NCBI GenBank assembly: GCA_034530875.2
Contig: JAVRCJ020000033.1
Location: 1-64,000, forward strand
Reading direction: 5' to 3'
DNA length: 64,000 bases
DNA from: Nostoc sp. DedSLP01
Lineage (GTDB): Bacteria; Cyanobacteriota; Cyanobacteriia; Cyanobacteriales; Nostocaceae
The notes below the pieces were generated by a model, which was not told where the DNA came from, ran no database searches, and saw only the letters and a list, made by a program, of their open reading frames with translations. This document shows positions 30,624 through 41,264 of the stretch, piece after piece. Positions within the stretch are counted from its first letter, which is position 1; every line of letters begins with the position of its first letter. The translations under genes and the position numbers were made by a program.

Positions 30624-30842
30624 GGTGGGTCTAAATTTAGATTATTCAACCTCCCCAACCTAGATGACAACCCCAACCGCTGACATCTCCCCAAAAGACT
30701 ATACCCACAAAACTTAGGAATTGGATATTGGGCATTGGGCAAAACCCTTCGGGTAGGGAAAAGGGAAAAGGTGAAAGGTTAAAGAGATTGTATGTAGGGT
30801 TTATTCCCTTTCCCCTTTAACCCTTGCCCCTTTCCCCTTGTC

Positions 30843-31082
30843 CTATTCTCCCCCTGCCCCCTTGCCCCTAACCTCTGGCACCGGATCGTAACCACCTGGA
30901 TGAAACGGATGACAGCGACAAATCCTTAGGGTTGCCATCCAGCTACCACGCAAGACTCCAAATCGTTCAATGGCTTGAATGGCATACATCGAACAAGTTG
31001 GTTGAAAACGGCAAGTCGGAGGAAACAACGGCGAGATAAACATTCGATAACCGCGAATCAGCCAAATTAATAATAGTTTCAT
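30843..31082 (-). CDS. yidD: Membrane protein insertion efficiency factor
   Basis: [11 protein letters not shown]...[17 protein letters not shown]. Confidence 0.95.
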   Translation of the reverse strand: MKLLLIWLIRGYRMFISPLFPPTCRFQPTCSMYAIQAIERFGVLRGSWMATLRICRCHPFHPGGYDPVPEVRGKGAGGE

Positions 31083-31142
31083 TACAGTTACCTAAATCTT
31101 ATAAATTAGTAATAGAGGTAAAATTTTCATCTTGTTGTATCT

Positions 31143-31868
31143 TTGTTGATTACATTTTCTGACTTCACCTCAATTCCGGTTTTATGGCTACAAATTGCGT
31201 GGACAGAGCCAACCTTAGGCATCGCTGCAATTTGGGTGTTATTCATCCTTTTGATTGCATGGATGGTAAAACGCTTTGCTAAAGCCGAACCAGAAATCAT
31301 CAGGAAGATAGTTCATATTGGCACTGGTAATGTGATTTTACTCGCTTGGTGGCTAGATATTCCCGCCAGCGTCGGCATTACAGCGTCGATTTTAGCAAGC
31401 ACAGTTACTTTATTATCCTACCGTTTTCCCATTCTTCCTGGCATTAATAGCGTAGGACGCCAAAGTTTAGGGACATTTTTTTACTCTTTGAGTATTGGTA
31501 TTTTAATAGCCTGGTTCTGGTACTTACAAAAACCACAGTACGCAGTATTAGGAATTTTAGTTATGACTTGGGGAGATGGACTAGCAGCCTTAATTGGGCA
31601 ACGCTTTGGTAAACATAAGTATCAAGTCTTTGGGACACAAAAAAGTTGGGAAGGCTCCCTGACTATGATGTTTGTTAGCTATCTCATCAGCAATTTGATT
31701 TTAGTGGGAACTCAAGGAAATAGTTGGCAAGCTTGGACAATATCATTTGCAGTGGCATTTATCGCTACGGCTTTAGAGGCTGTTTCATTTTTAGGTATTG
31801 ATAATTTAACAGTTCCTTTAGGCAGTGCAGCTTTTGCTTTCTTTTTAAGTCAGTTATTTCTCAGTTAG
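31143..31868 (+). CDS. Phytol/polyprenol kinase family (CTP-dependent)
   Basis: RKIVHIGTG, WGDGLAALIG, KSWEGS and IDNLTVP motifs. Confidence 0.88.
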   Translation: MLITFSDFTSIPVLWLQIAWTEPTLGIAAIWVLFILLIAWMVKRFAKAEPEIIRKIVHIGTGNVILLAWWLDIPASVGITASILASTVTLLSYRFPILPGINSVGRQSLGTFFYSLSIGILIAWFWYLQKPQYAVLGILVMTWGDGLAALIGQRFGKHKYQVFGTQKSWEGSLTMMFVSYLISNLILVGTQGNSWQAWTISFAVAFIATALEAVSFLGIDNLTVPLGSAAFAFFLSQLFLS

Positions 31869-32103
31869 TAATTGCCTTGAGGCCGATTCTCACCAAAGTT
31901 GAAAAAGCAGCAAATATCAAGTTATTTTTGTCGATTAGTCTCGATCGTTTTTTTGAATCAAATCGAAAAATCTTACTAGCAGTTTTACATATTTATCTAT
32001 TAAGGAGGATGAAGAAAATTGTCCTAGTTTCCACTCTATTAATAGAGGAAATTTTAGGTAGGTTCAAATATTTAGCCCTAACCCAACCTAAAGAATTAAA
32101 AAT

Positions 32104-32949
32104 ATGGCATTACGCGATCCAGTTCCTGAAAAAATTAAACAGCCAGTTAGAGAAGTAGCTTCTCATCTTTGGGTTGAACGATTAGCAAGATTAGGCTATG
32201 CAGCAAAAGGTTTAGTTTATTTTACCGTCGGCTTACTAGCAGCACAGGCAGCATTTGGTTCTGGTGGTAAAACTACAGATACTAGTGGTGCGCTAGAGAC
32301 AATTGTCACCCAGCCTTTCGGTAAATTTCTCCTTTGTATCGTCACCCTTGGGCTGATTGGGTATGCACTTTGGCGTTTTATGCAAAGTATTCTCGACCCC
32401 GGACATTCCGGCCAACAAATGAATGCTAAACGAATTGTCAAGCGTCTGGGCTATGTTTTTAGTGCGATCGCTTACTTGAGTTTGGCTGTGACATCTATAA
32501 AACTAATTGTTGGTTCAAGTCGTAGCCATAGCGATTCAGTCGAAGATTGGACAATATATTTTCTCAGCAAACCTTTTGGCAGATGGTTAGTATTGCTTTT
32601 AGGTTTGACAGTCATTGGTGTGGGAATTTCTTTCCTTTATCAAGCATACAAAGGTAAATTTCGTCGCCATTTTAAACTTTATCAAATGACTCAGACTGAG
32701 CAAATGTGGGCGATGCGTCTGGGTAGATTTGGGATTGCTGCCCGTGGTATTGTTTTTAGTATCATTGGCATTTTTTTGATGGTGGCAGCAATTCAATTGG
32801 ATGGCACTCAAGCTAGGGGATTAGGTGGTGCCTTGGCATCTCTAGCACAGCAACCTTTTGGCCCTTGGGTTCTAGGTGTAGTCGCTTTGGGTTTGATTGC
32901 TTACGGTATTTATTCTGTGATTGAGGCTCGCTATCGAGATATTACCTGA
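32104..32949 (+). CDS. DUF1206 family membrane protein
   Basis: Repeated ARLGYAAKG / GRFGIAARG and QPFG modules. Confidence 0.85.
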   Translation: MALRDPVPEKIKQPVREVASHLWVERLARLGYAAKGLVYFTVGLLAAQAAFGSGGKTTDTSGALETIVTQPFGKFLLCIVTLGLIGYALWRFMQSILDPGHSGQQMNAKRIVKRLGYVFSAIAYLSLAVTSIKLIVGSSRSHSDSVEDWTIYFLSKPFGRWLVLLLGLTVIGVGISFLYQAYKGKFRRHFKLYQMTQTEQMWAMRLGRFGIAARGIVFSIIGIFLMVAAIQLDGTQARGLGGALASLAQQPFGPWVLGVVALGLIAYGIYSVIEARYRDIT

Positions 32950-33097
32950 AACAGCAAGAAGGCTCTTAAGGTAGAATTACCCTAAGAGCAAGAAAGACGC
33001 TTTTGGGCATTTGCTGTCAGTGCAATCGGTTATGCGATTCTTTTATTGGCTCTTTAATTAATACTCAAAGTGTGGATATCGGTTTTTAGAGTACTGC

Positions 33098-34003
33098 TTA
33101 ATAAGCACTATAGTGCGATTTAATCCAATCATATAAAATCGGATTCACTAACTCTGGCGCTTCATCTTGCGGGCAATGCCCCACTTTTTCTAGAGAAATA
33201 AACTTTTCTACTCGGGCAAAGTTAGCTAATTCTCTACCTAATTCAATAGGTTCCCACGGGTCGGCTGCTCCCCACAAGATAATTGCGGGACAGGATAACA
33301 GCGGTAAAAGGTCTTCTGGTAGCGGCCCTGTGGAATAAGAAGTAAATGCAAGAAACACAGCCACAGCACCAGGATCGCTGGCTGGGGCGGTCAGAATATC
33401 TACCAATTCATCTGTGACTACTTCTGCATTAGCATAAGCTTGGAGTAGAATTTTCCGGACTGTTTTCGGTTTGGCAACTTGATTGAAAAAGAATTTGCCA
33501 ACTGGTTTAATTGATAACATCCTTTGCAGTAAAGGCGCTCCTGCACGACGAATCCAAGGTAAAGTTGCCCGTTTGCGATCGTGCAATAAGCGTAGAGAAC
33601 AGTTGAGCAAAGCAACTCCCAAGGCAATATCTGGCTGAATCACTGCTGCTTGCATAGCTACAATACAGCCGATGGAATTTCCAACTAAAAAAGCTGGCTC
33701 ACCCACTACTTCGCGGCAAAAATCTGCTACTTGCTGTCCCCAAGTTTCTAAGGTGTAGGCGATTTTTTCTCCAGGTTCGGGTTTGGCTGAGGCACCAAAA
33801 CCAATCAAATCAATAGCATAAACGCGGCAATTCTCTGCTAATACAGGAATATTTTTGCGCCAGTGCCACCAAGAAGCCCCAAATCCATGCACCAGAACAA
33901 CAGCTGGCCCAGTGGTTCCTTCGGTTTGATAGCAGATAGGAAAACCTTGCCAAATCCAGGTTTTTGTAGATGTAAGTGCTGTTTTTGAACTTGAGGTTGT
34001 CAT
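33098..34003 (-). CDS. Alpha/beta fold hydrolase
   Basis: HGFG, DLIGFG, nucleophile elbow GNSIG, GHCPQDE. Confidence 0.92.
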   Translation of the reverse strand: MTTSSSKTALTSTKTWIWQGFPICYQTEGTTGPAVVLVHGFGASWWHWRKNIPVLAENCRVYAIDLIGFGASAKPEPGEKIAYTLETWGQQVADFCREVVGEPAFLVGNSIGCIVAMQAAVIQPDIALGVALLNCSLRLLHDRKRATLPWIRRAGAPLLQRMLSIKPVGKFFFNQVAKPKTVRKILLQAYANAEVVTDELVDILTAPASDPGAVAVFLAFTSYSTGPLPEDLLPLLSCPAIILWGAADPWEPIELGRELANFARVEKFISLEKVGHCPQDEAPELVNPILYDWIKSHYSAY

Positions 34004-34559
34004 AGGAAATTTGATAAACGCAACATTAGGATTTTCAGCAGCAAACTCAAGCAAAATTATTTTGATTTTGCTTAAAACTTAACAGATTTTCCAACTAAAT
34101 CCTTTGTGGTGATAATTTGGACAGCACAAAATCAAGCCGCTATTTCTCTTCCTCTGCTAAAAGCCCTACATTCTATACGGGGGCAATTGGTTACAACTTA
34201 GATTATCTCAGTATTAGGAACCGCGGCTTCTATCATCTGAATCAGATTTTCGGCATATTGGCACACATTTATACTGTAATGCTATTCTTGAGCTTTGATA
34301 ACCATGCTATTTCTGATACCTCAGAGGTAGTAATATTGCCTGTTCCTTACCAGGCAACATTATACAGTTCAGATACCTTTTTAAATGTCTTGAAATTAGG
34401 CATCAGTGCTAGATTCAGTAGTTTCACAATTTCCGATCGCCAAGTTGGTTCATAAAATTGTTGAACATGAGGCATCGGCTAAGGGGTGGTTTGCAACTGG
34501 AAACTGACGCTGAATTTAACGATATTTTTTCTTGTTCCTAGTCTTGCGAGCCAGATAAA

Positions 34560-35102
34560 ATGAATATACTAGAAACAATTGATACTCCAATCGGTAGCTA
34601 CGCACCAGATTTTGAACTTCCAGGAATTGATGGTCAAGTACACCATCTTAGCCGTTATCTTGAGAAGTTTCGTGCAGTCGGCGTCGTTTTTATCTGTAAC
34701 CATTGTCCTTGTGTAGATTTGTATCTAGACAGACTCAAAAACATTCAAGCCGAATTTGCTCCCCAAGGATTTACCTTAATTGGTATGAATGGTAGTGACT
34801 CCAGCCCAAGCTTTGAAAATATGAAAGCTTTTGCCCAGCGTCATGAATTGAACTTTCCTTACTTGTGGGATCCAACCCAAGATGTAACCCGCAGTTTTGG
34901 CGCTACAAAAACACCAATGGCATTTTTAATCGATAGTACGGGTGTAGTACGCTACAAAGGTCAAATTGACGATTCCCCGCAAGACCCATCATCTGTGGAA
35001 AAGGATTATTTGAGAGATGCAATTATCAGCTTATTTGCTGGTCAGGAAATAAACATACCACAAACAGAACCAATAGGTAGTATATTGATTTGGCGTAATT
35101 AG
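34560..35102 (+). CDS. Thioredoxin-fold/AhpC-TSA family protein
   Basis: [21 protein letters not shown] and YKGQIDD motifs. Confidence 0.88.
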   Translation: MNILETIDTPIGSYAPDFELPGIDGQVHHLSRYLEKFRAVGVVFICNHCPCVDLYLDRLKNIQAEFAPQGFTLIGMNGSDSSPSFENMKAFAQRHELNFPYLWDPTQDVTRSFGATKTPMAFLIDSTGVVRYKGQIDDSPQDPSSVEKDYLRDAIISLFAGQEINIPQTEPIGSILIWRN

Positions 35103-35173
35103 ACATAGATAGTCCCTGTAACTGCTATCTTAAATTGGAGGCAATTGCAACTTTTTTGATAAAGCGTAATTTC

Positions 35174-35902
35174 ATGGGAACGAATTACCGACGGGTTTTA
35201 CTCAAACTGAGCGGTGAAGCTTTAATGGGCAACATGGGCTACGGGATCGATCCAGAAGTGGTGAAAGAAATAGCCCAGGAAATAGCAGAGGTAGTAGCCA
35301 CTGGGGCTCAAATCGCCATCGTTGTTGGCGGCGGCAATATTTTTCGTGGCGTCAAAGCAGCATCGGCGGGGATGGACAGGGCAACCGCTGACTATGTAGG
35401 AATGATTGCCACGGTAATGAATGCCATGACGTTGCAAGATTCACTGGAGCGAATAGGAGTGCAAACGCGGGTGCAAACCGCGATCGCTATGCAAGAATTA
35501 GCGGAACCGTATATTCGTCGTCGTGCCATCCGTCATCTTGAAAAAGGGCGGGTGGTAATTTTTGGCGCTGGTTCTGGAAATCCCTTTTTTACCACAGACA
35601 CGACTGCGGCATTAAGAGCCGCAGAAATTGAAGCCGAAGTGATTTTTAAAGCCACCAAGGTAGACGGAATATACGATGCCGACCCTCATATTCATCCTAA
35701 TGCCAGGCGTTATAAGACCCTCACCTACGCCCACGTTTTGGCTCATGATTTGCGAGTAATGGATAGTACTGCGATTGCCTTGTGTAAAGAAAATAATATC
35801 CCAATTTTGGTATTTGACCTAACGGTGCGAGGTAACATCCACCGGGCAGTCATGGGAGAAACCATCGGCACCCTTGTGGGAGGTTCTTGTGACATTAGCT
35901 GA
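35174..35902 (+). CDS. pyrH: UMP kinase
   Basis: [25 protein letters not shown]. Confidence 0.98.
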   Translation: MGTNYRRVLLKLSGEALMGNMGYGIDPEVVKEIAQEIAEVVATGAQIAIVVGGGNIFRGVKAASAGMDRATADYVGMIATVMNAMTLQDSLERIGVQTRVQTAIAMQELAEPYIRRRAIRHLEKGRVVIFGAGSGNPFFTTDTTAALRAAEIEAEVIFKATKVDGIYDADPHIHPNARRYKTLTYAHVLAHDLRVMDSTAIALCKENNIPILVFDLTVRGNIHRAVMGETIGTLVGGSCDIS

Positions 35903-36437
35903 CGCGAAAAGTAAAATGCAAAGTTCTGTTGAGTCAACTCAACGAGCTTTTAACACGATTCGCACTGGTCGCGCCAATGCGAGTTTACTAGATAAAGTCT
36001 TGGTGGACTACTACGGTTCGCCTACACCGCTAAAATCGGTGGCAAATATTAGCACGCCAGATGCTTCGACAATTCTGATTCAACCTTACGAGCGCAACAC
36101 TTTAAACATCGTTGAGAAAGCAATTTCTCTTTCCGATGTGGGTTTAACCCCTAGCAACGATGGTAGTGTAATTCGGCTGAATATTCCGCCTTTGACAAGC
36201 GATCGCCGTAAAGAATTAGTCAAAATGGCTGCTAAATATGCTGAAGAAGGTCGGGTGGCTATTCGCAACATCCGCCGCGATGCCATAGACGCGATTCGCA
36301 AACAGGAGAAAGCCTCTGAAATCTCCAAAGATGAATCAAAAGACCAACAAGACGACTTGCAAAAGCTGACAAATGAGTATATCGGCAAGATAGACGCATT
36401 GTTAGCAGAAAAAGAAAAAGACATCACGACTGTTTAA
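35889..36437 (+). CDS. frr: Ribosome recycling factor
   Basis: [29 protein letters not shown] start overlapping the end of pyrH. Confidence 0.97.
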   Translation: MTLADAKSKMQSSVESTQRAFNTIRTGRANASLLDKVLVDYYGSPTPLKSVANISTPDASTILIQPYERNTLNIVEKAISLSDVGLTPSNDGSVIRLNIPPLTSDRRKELVKMAAKYAEEGRVAIRNIRRDAIDAIRKQEKASEISKDESKDQQDDLQKLTNEYIGKIDALLAEKEKDITTV

Positions 36438-36456
36438 AGTCTCAAGTCTAAACCGT

Positions 36457-36491
36457 AAAGGCTGAAGAATTTAACCCATTCTTCAGCCTTT
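36457..36491 (+). terminator. Hairpin after frr
   Basis: AAAGGCTGAAGAAT / ATTCTTCAGCCTTT, a perfect 14-bp stem. Confidence 0.75.
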
Positions 36492-36499
36492 GTCTGACA

Positions 36500-36648
36500 G
36501 TAGGTTGGGTTGAACAAAGTGAAACCCAACATTCATAAGTATTTACTCGGTTTGATGATAATTCAATATCATTTAGTATTGCATTTTAATCTAAAAGTTG
36601 GGTTGCGCTTCTCTACGAGACGCTACGCGAACGCTTAATCCAACCTAC
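36500..36648. repeat. REP doublet (REPIN/BIME-like) upstream of the RAYT
   Basis: GTAGGTTGGGTTGAACAAAGTGAAACCCAACA at 36500-36531; inverted partner ending CAACCTAC at 36648. Confidence 0.88.
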
Positions 36649-36676
36649 GTCAATCAAAATCATAAAATTAAAACAA

Positions 36677-37216
36677 ATGCAATATCGCCGAGCAATAACT
36701 CAAGGTGGTACTTACTTTTTTACGCTCGTTACATATAAGAGACAAAAATTATTCTGCTTACCGAAAAACATCTCTTTATTGAGAAATGCTTTTCGGTATG
36801 TCATGGAACAATATCCCTTTATAATTGATGCCTTTGTTTTATTACCCGACCATCTGCATTGTATTTGGACGTTACCAGCAGAAGATTGCAATTTTTCTAC
36901 CCGTTGGCGTTTGATTAAAAGTTATTTTAGTCGCCAATATGATACTTCACAGGAAAACCTATTTACCTGTAGGCAAAATAAAAAAGAGCAGGCTATTTGG
37001 CAGCGTCGTTTTTGGGAACACTTGATTAGAGATGAGGTAGATTTTAAAAATCACGTTGAATATATTCATTACAATCCAGTCAAACATGGCTTAGTGAAAA
37101 CTCCTAAAGACTGGGAATATTCCAGCTTTCATCGTTCTGTTCGTCAGGGTAAGTACGATATTATGTCGGGTGTTGAACAAGAATTTGTATTTGATTCCAA
37201 TATCGGCAAAGAGTAA
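36677..37216 (+). mobile_element. REP-associated tyrosine transposase (RAYT/TnpA-REP, Y1 HUH)
   Basis: TYFFTLVT, LPDHLH (HUH), WQRRFWEH, YIHYNPVKHGLV and WEYSS motifs; flanked by GTAG REPs. Confidence 0.93.
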
Positions 37217-37247
37217 ATTTTATTGCTAAATTTTGTACCTAAATTTT

Positions 37248-37333
37248 GTAGGTTGGGTTGAACGAAGTGAAACCCAACATTAATTGCGTATTGTTACGGG
37301 TAATGTTGGGTTTCGTTCCTCAACCCAACCTAC
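37248..37333. repeat. REP doublet downstream of the RAYT
   Basis: GTAGGTTGGGTTGAACGAAGTGAAACCCAACA (37248-37279, one mismatch to the upstream REP) and inverted TGTTGGGTTTCGTTCCTCAACCCAACCTAC (37304-37333). Confidence 0.9.
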
Positions 37334-37364
37334 AATTTACTACAATTTACTAAGCTAAGGTGAA

Positions 37365-37781
37365 TTAGTCAAGGTCAAGAAAGTCTCTGGGAGTAATAAT
37401 CTGGTTTTCATATTCGGCTAGAGTCTTGAGCGATAAAAGGTCTCGATCTCCTGTAATTAAAAACTCGGCGTTGGAGTCTTGAGCAAGTTCTAAAAATTTG
37501 TTGTCGTCTGGGTCTCTACAGATGTTTATTTGAGATTTTATTTGTATAAATTGACTGTATTTTTTAACTGCATCTAATAAATATTGTCGGTCTTCATCTG
37601 AGATATATTTATCGAACTTACGTTTATAGATTCGGATGCTTAATTCTTGATAAGTCTCTTCGCTTTGAGCAAGTTTGAAATCTTTATAGGCTTTATCTAG
37701 GGCTTTACGGGCTGTTCCATTAGGACTCAGGGCAGCACTAAGTAAAACATTTGTGTCAATAACAATTAGTCTATGATTCAT
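37365..37781 (-). CDS. PIN-domain toxin (VapC-like)
   Basis: VIDTNVLLSA, CRDPDDNKFLELA and ITGDRDLL motifs. Confidence 0.9.
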   Translation of the reverse strand: MNHRLIVIDTNVLLSAALSPNGTARKALDKAYKDFKLAQSEETYQELSIRIYKRKFDKYISDEDRQYLLDAVKKYSQFIQIKSQINICRDPDDNKFLELAQDSNAEFLITGDRDLLSLKTLAEYENQIITPRDFLDLD

Positions 37782-37998
37782 CGGCGAGTAATTCTTCTAG
37801 AGTTTCTTCGCTTAGTCCTTTAGCTTGAGCATTTCTGCCGATTCTATCAAAAACACTAAGTAAATCTTCATCTTGATTTTTTGGAGATGTTTTCTTGATT
37901 TCTTGAATAAGTTGTTCTTGTTCTTGTGCGGGAAGTTGTAGGACAAGATTAAGAATTTGCTCGAAGGTTAGGGGGAGTTGATAGGTTTTTTGAGTCAT
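37771..37998 (-). CDS. Putative antitoxin
   Basis: 75 aa, acidic, overlaps the toxin start by 11 bp. Confidence 0.75.
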   Translation of the reverse strand: MTQKTYQLPLTFEQILNLVLQLPAQEQEQLIQEIKKTSPKNQDEDLLSVFDRIGRNAQAKGLSEETLEELLADES

Positions 37999-38041
37999 GG
38001 TGAGTTCTAGAGTTAGAGAATAGAAACTTGTTAGCTCTTAC

Positions 38042-38100
38042 TATAGCGGTTCCCAATCAAATCCAATCAAATGAAGTAGAGAAAATTGTAGGGGCGCAAA
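38042..38100. mobile_element. Left half of a TA-terminated MITE ending in half a GTAGGGGCGCA REP
   Basis: TATAGCGGTTCCCAATCAAAT... then GTAGGGGCGCAAA, identical to 43357-43369; no right end found. Confidence 0.55.
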
Positions 38101-38471
38101 CGTTCGGTGACAAAGTTAATGGGAATCGCTGTTTCTTCGATGTCTGCTGGATTGCCATCCAAGGGCATGAGATAATCGCGTTCAGCGTGACGCATCCCGT
38201 GTCCGCTAAAGAAGAACCAAAAGTTATCGCCTGCACCCATGAAGGGTTGATTAAATAATTCTAAGAAGACTCGGCGCAAATTTGCACGGGTGGGACGAGT
38301 CGATCTTCCCCCAATTTCAGGAGAGTCATCGGTGAAGAAAAATATCCTCTCAAACGCGGCTTCACTGCGAAGAAACTCCTGCATTAACTGTGCATCCCGC
38401 TTGGCATAGTTTAGCGGTTGCAGATAATCATACTGGTTAATGCCGATCGCGATCGCCTTTCTTATTCTCAC
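38067..38471 (-). pseudogene. Truncated caspase/peptidase C14 family gene
   Basis: AIAIGINQY, LNYAKRDA, FFFSGHG and YLMPLDG are present, but the ORF ends before the catalytic DAC motif. Confidence 0.8.
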
Positions 38472-38652
38472 TTTAAAGTAAAATTTTATATATATTAATA
38501 CTTAAGTAAAAAATAATTTAGAAGCATAGTTGAGAACATAAGGCTACTCCATAACCCAGACACCAAAATACTTTCTTTACCCATTCCCCATTCCCTATAG
38601 GTATTGGTAGACGCGTTAGCTTAAACTAATTGAGAAGCAAAATTTCAGCAAT

Positions 38653-39765
38653 ATGTACGATTGCATCATTGTCGGTGCTGGGCCAGCTGGTGGAACGGCT
38701 GCATATCATTTAGCGAAGCAGGGGCGTTCAGTATTAGTTTTAGAAAAAGAATCCCTGCCAAGATATAAACCTTGTGGTGGTGGTGTATCTCCAGCGATCG
38801 CTCAATGGTTTGACTTTGATTTTAGCCCAGCGATTTCTTTAAAAGCAGACTCGCTGCGCTTTACCTGGAAACTAGGCGACCCCGTGGAAACAAAAATCGC
38901 CACCAAAGAACCAGTTTGGATGGTGCGGCGGGATGTTTTCGATCATTTTTTAGTCCAGCAAGCCCAGAAACAAGGAGCTAAACTCCAAGATAATACTGAA
39001 GTAACTGGTATCGAATTTCAAAGCGATTATTGGCAAGTTAATACAGCCAACGAGCCAGTTACAGGTCGGTATTTAATCGCAGCCGATGGTGCAAAAGGCT
39101 CGATGGCGAAATGGCTGGGTTTTAAAGAACGCAAACGTCTCTTAACAGGAGCTTTGGAGGCAGAAGTTCCTGGTATTGCAGATAACAACCCTACAATTTA
39201 TTTTGATTTTGGATTGGCTAAAAACGGCTATCTGTGGAACTTTCCGAAAGCTGATGGTTATTCAATAGGTGTGGGGACGTTTATCGGTCGTCAACCGCAG
39301 AACTTCAAAAAGATTTTGGACGAGTACGCTAAATCCTTAAATGTAGACCTGACAGCCACCAAGCAATACGGTCATCCCCTTTGTATTTGGGATGGTACTC
39401 AAAAGCTGCATACTCAAAATGCCGTTTTGGCTGGGGAAGCTGCTTGTATAGTCGATCCGATGACAGCAGAAGGGATTCGCCCTTCCATTTTTAGCGGTTT
39501 GCTTGCAGCCGCAACCATTAATGAAGCACTTGCTGGAGACATTAACGCTTTAGAAAAATATAGCGAAGCCATTAACGAAGAATGGGGTACTGAAATGGCT
39601 TGGGCACAAAAATTAGCCAAAGCATTCTATCTATTTTCCAACATTAGCTACAAAGTTGGAATTAAGCACCCCTCTGCTCCTCAAGTCATGGGTAAAATTA
39701 TGTGCGGCGAACTCCGCTATGGCGATATTGCTACTCGTGCCCTGAAGAAATTATCCTGGGTTTAG
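38653..39765 (+). CDS. Geranylgeranyl reductase family FAD oxidoreductase
   Basis: VGAGPAG, PRYKPCGGG, IAADGA, GYLWNFP and AEGIRP motifs. Confidence 0.9.
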   Translation: MYDCIIVGAGPAGGTAAYHLAKQGRSVLVLEKESLPRYKPCGGGVSPAIAQWFDFDFSPAISLKADSLRFTWKLGDPVETKIATKEPVWMVRRDVFDHFLVQQAQKQGAKLQDNTEVTGIEFQSDYWQVNTANEPVTGRYLIAADGAKGSMAKWLGFKERKRLLTGALEAEVPGIADNNPTIYFDFGLAKNGYLWNFPKADGYSIGVGTFIGRQPQNFKKILDEYAKSLNVDLTATKQYGHPLCIWDGTQKLHTQNAVLAGEAACIVDPMTAEGIRPSIFSGLLAAATINEALAGDINALEKYSEAINEEWGTEMAWAQKLAKAFYLFSNISYKVGIKHPSAPQVMGKIMCGELRYGDIATRALKKLSWV

Positions 39766-39784
39766 CAATTGAGAGTGCTGAGGA

Positions 39785-39805
39785 GAGACGCGATGAATCG
39801 CGTCT
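39785..39805. repeat. GAGACGCGAT palindrome between convergent genes
   Basis: GAGACGCGATGAATCGCGTCT; same core as inside the elements at 4161 and 56787. Confidence 0.65.
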
Positions 39806-39852
39806 GTACAAGACTTACGAGTTATTCTTCCCCAGTCACCAGTCACCAGTCC

Positions 39853-40950
39853 CTAGTCTCCCAAATAAATACCCATCCCACGGGCGGTTTTAACTAAAGT
39901 ACCGTTGGGATCGACGGCGCTGTATTGAGCGATCGCTTCTGTTATTGGTACGCTTAAGACTTGGCGATTTTGCCAGGTGACCATGCGATCGTATTTACCT
40001 TCTGCAATTAGATTAACGGCCGCTACGCCAAAGGCTGTGGCAACTAATCTATCTAGTGGCGAAGCAGTTCCGCCGCGTTGAATGTGTCCTAAAACGGTGA
40101 CTCGCGTTTCCACACCAATATGTTGAATAATTTCATCTGCTAAATATTCACCAATCCCACCGTAGCGAGATTGGCCTAAGCGATTTGTAATCGTCACGTT
40201 TTCCCCATTTTGGGTGCGAACTGCTTCGGAAACAATAATTAAACAATAGTTTTTGCCTTTTTCTTGGCGTTCTTTAATTTTGTGGCAAATGTGTTCGACT
40301 GTGTAGGGAATTTCGGGAATTAAAATTACGTTTGCTCCGCCTGCAATTCCCGCAGCTATGGCTATGTGTCCTGCATCACGCCCCATAACTTCTAAAATCA
40401 TGACTCGGCTATGACTTGCAGCCGTAAAATGTAATCGGTCTAATGCTTCCGTGGCAATATTTACCGCCGTATCAAAACCAATGGCGTGTTCGGTAATGCC
40501 AATATCATTATCAATAGTTTTGGGAATTCCAACTAAGTTAATACCACCTTGTTGTGCGAGGCGGCGGAGAATTGCCAAACTACCATCGCCACCAATTCCA
40601 ATCAAAGCATCTAAACCTAGTTCATGGTAACCTGCAATGATTTCTTCGGAGCGATCGCATAAACTGCCATCGGTCATTGGGAAAGCAAAAGGATCGCCTT
40701 TATTAGTTGTTCCCAACATTGTGCCGCCAGCAGTTAACAGCGAATCAACTTTATCGATTTCCAAGTTTGTGAATTGTGGCGGACGCACCATTAATCCGAG
40801 AGTTGCTTGGTGAATTCCCAAAACCTCCCAGCCGTAAGTATTTGCAGCACAATTGACTACAGCTCTGATGGCAGCATTTAAGCCAGAACAATCTCCTCCA
40901 CTGGTAAGAATTCCAATGCGTTTAGGTTCTACCATATCTTTGCTTGACAT
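39853..40950 (-). CDS. pfkA: 6-phosphofructokinase
   Basis: LTSGGD, GGDGS, PKTIDND, EVMGR and LGHIQRGG motifs. Confidence 0.95.
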   Translation of the reverse strand: MSSKDMVEPKRIGILTSGGDCSGLNAAIRAVVNCAANTYGWEVLGIHQATLGLMVRPPQFTNLEIDKVDSLLTAGGTMLGTTNKGDPFAFPMTDGSLCDRSEEIIAGYHELGLDALIGIGGDGSLAILRRLAQQGGINLVGIPKTIDNDIGITEHAIGFDTAVNIATEALDRLHFTAASHSRVMILEVMGRDAGHIAIAAGIAGGANVILIPEIPYTVEHICHKIKERQEKGKNYCLIIVSEAVRTQNGENVTITNRLGQSRYGGIGEYLADEIIQHIGVETRVTVLGHIQRGGTASPLDRLVATAFGVAAVNLIAEGKYDRMVTWQNRQVLSVPITEAIAQYSAVDPNGTLVKTARGMGIYLGD

Positions 40951-41264
40951 TTCGATCCAAATATATCTATCTATTAGCCGACTAAATTTAAGCCTGAGTT
41001 AGTAATAGATTAAACCCAAACAAAGCTCTAACTTTAAATGCAAAGGTAATTTTATGTTGCTTTTCTGTTTAAAAACAAAACTATGGTTAATAATTCATAA
41101 CTTAGAATACAGGAGCCAGAATTCAGAATTCAGAATAAGTGAATTTTTTATAAGACTTGGAAACCCGAACTTTATAATTTGAAGAAAATAAAATATAGTT
41201 ACCATCCTTGATTTACTAGTCATTTTGATGCCTTGCTATTAAAGTCTCTGGTTTTGCTTCTAAA

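Noticed and set aside
31877..32158. 93-aa ORF
   Set aside because: TTG start, overlaps the DUF1206 gene out of frame, and has AT-rich intergenic composition.
34117..34455. 112-aa ORF
   Set aside because: TTG start, no RBS or motif, and it lies in a divergent promoter region.
36500..37333. Two 32-bp near-identical repeats as a CRISPR array
   Set aside because: They are about 750 bp apart, each paired with an inverted partner, and flank a RAYT; there are no regular spacers or cas genes.
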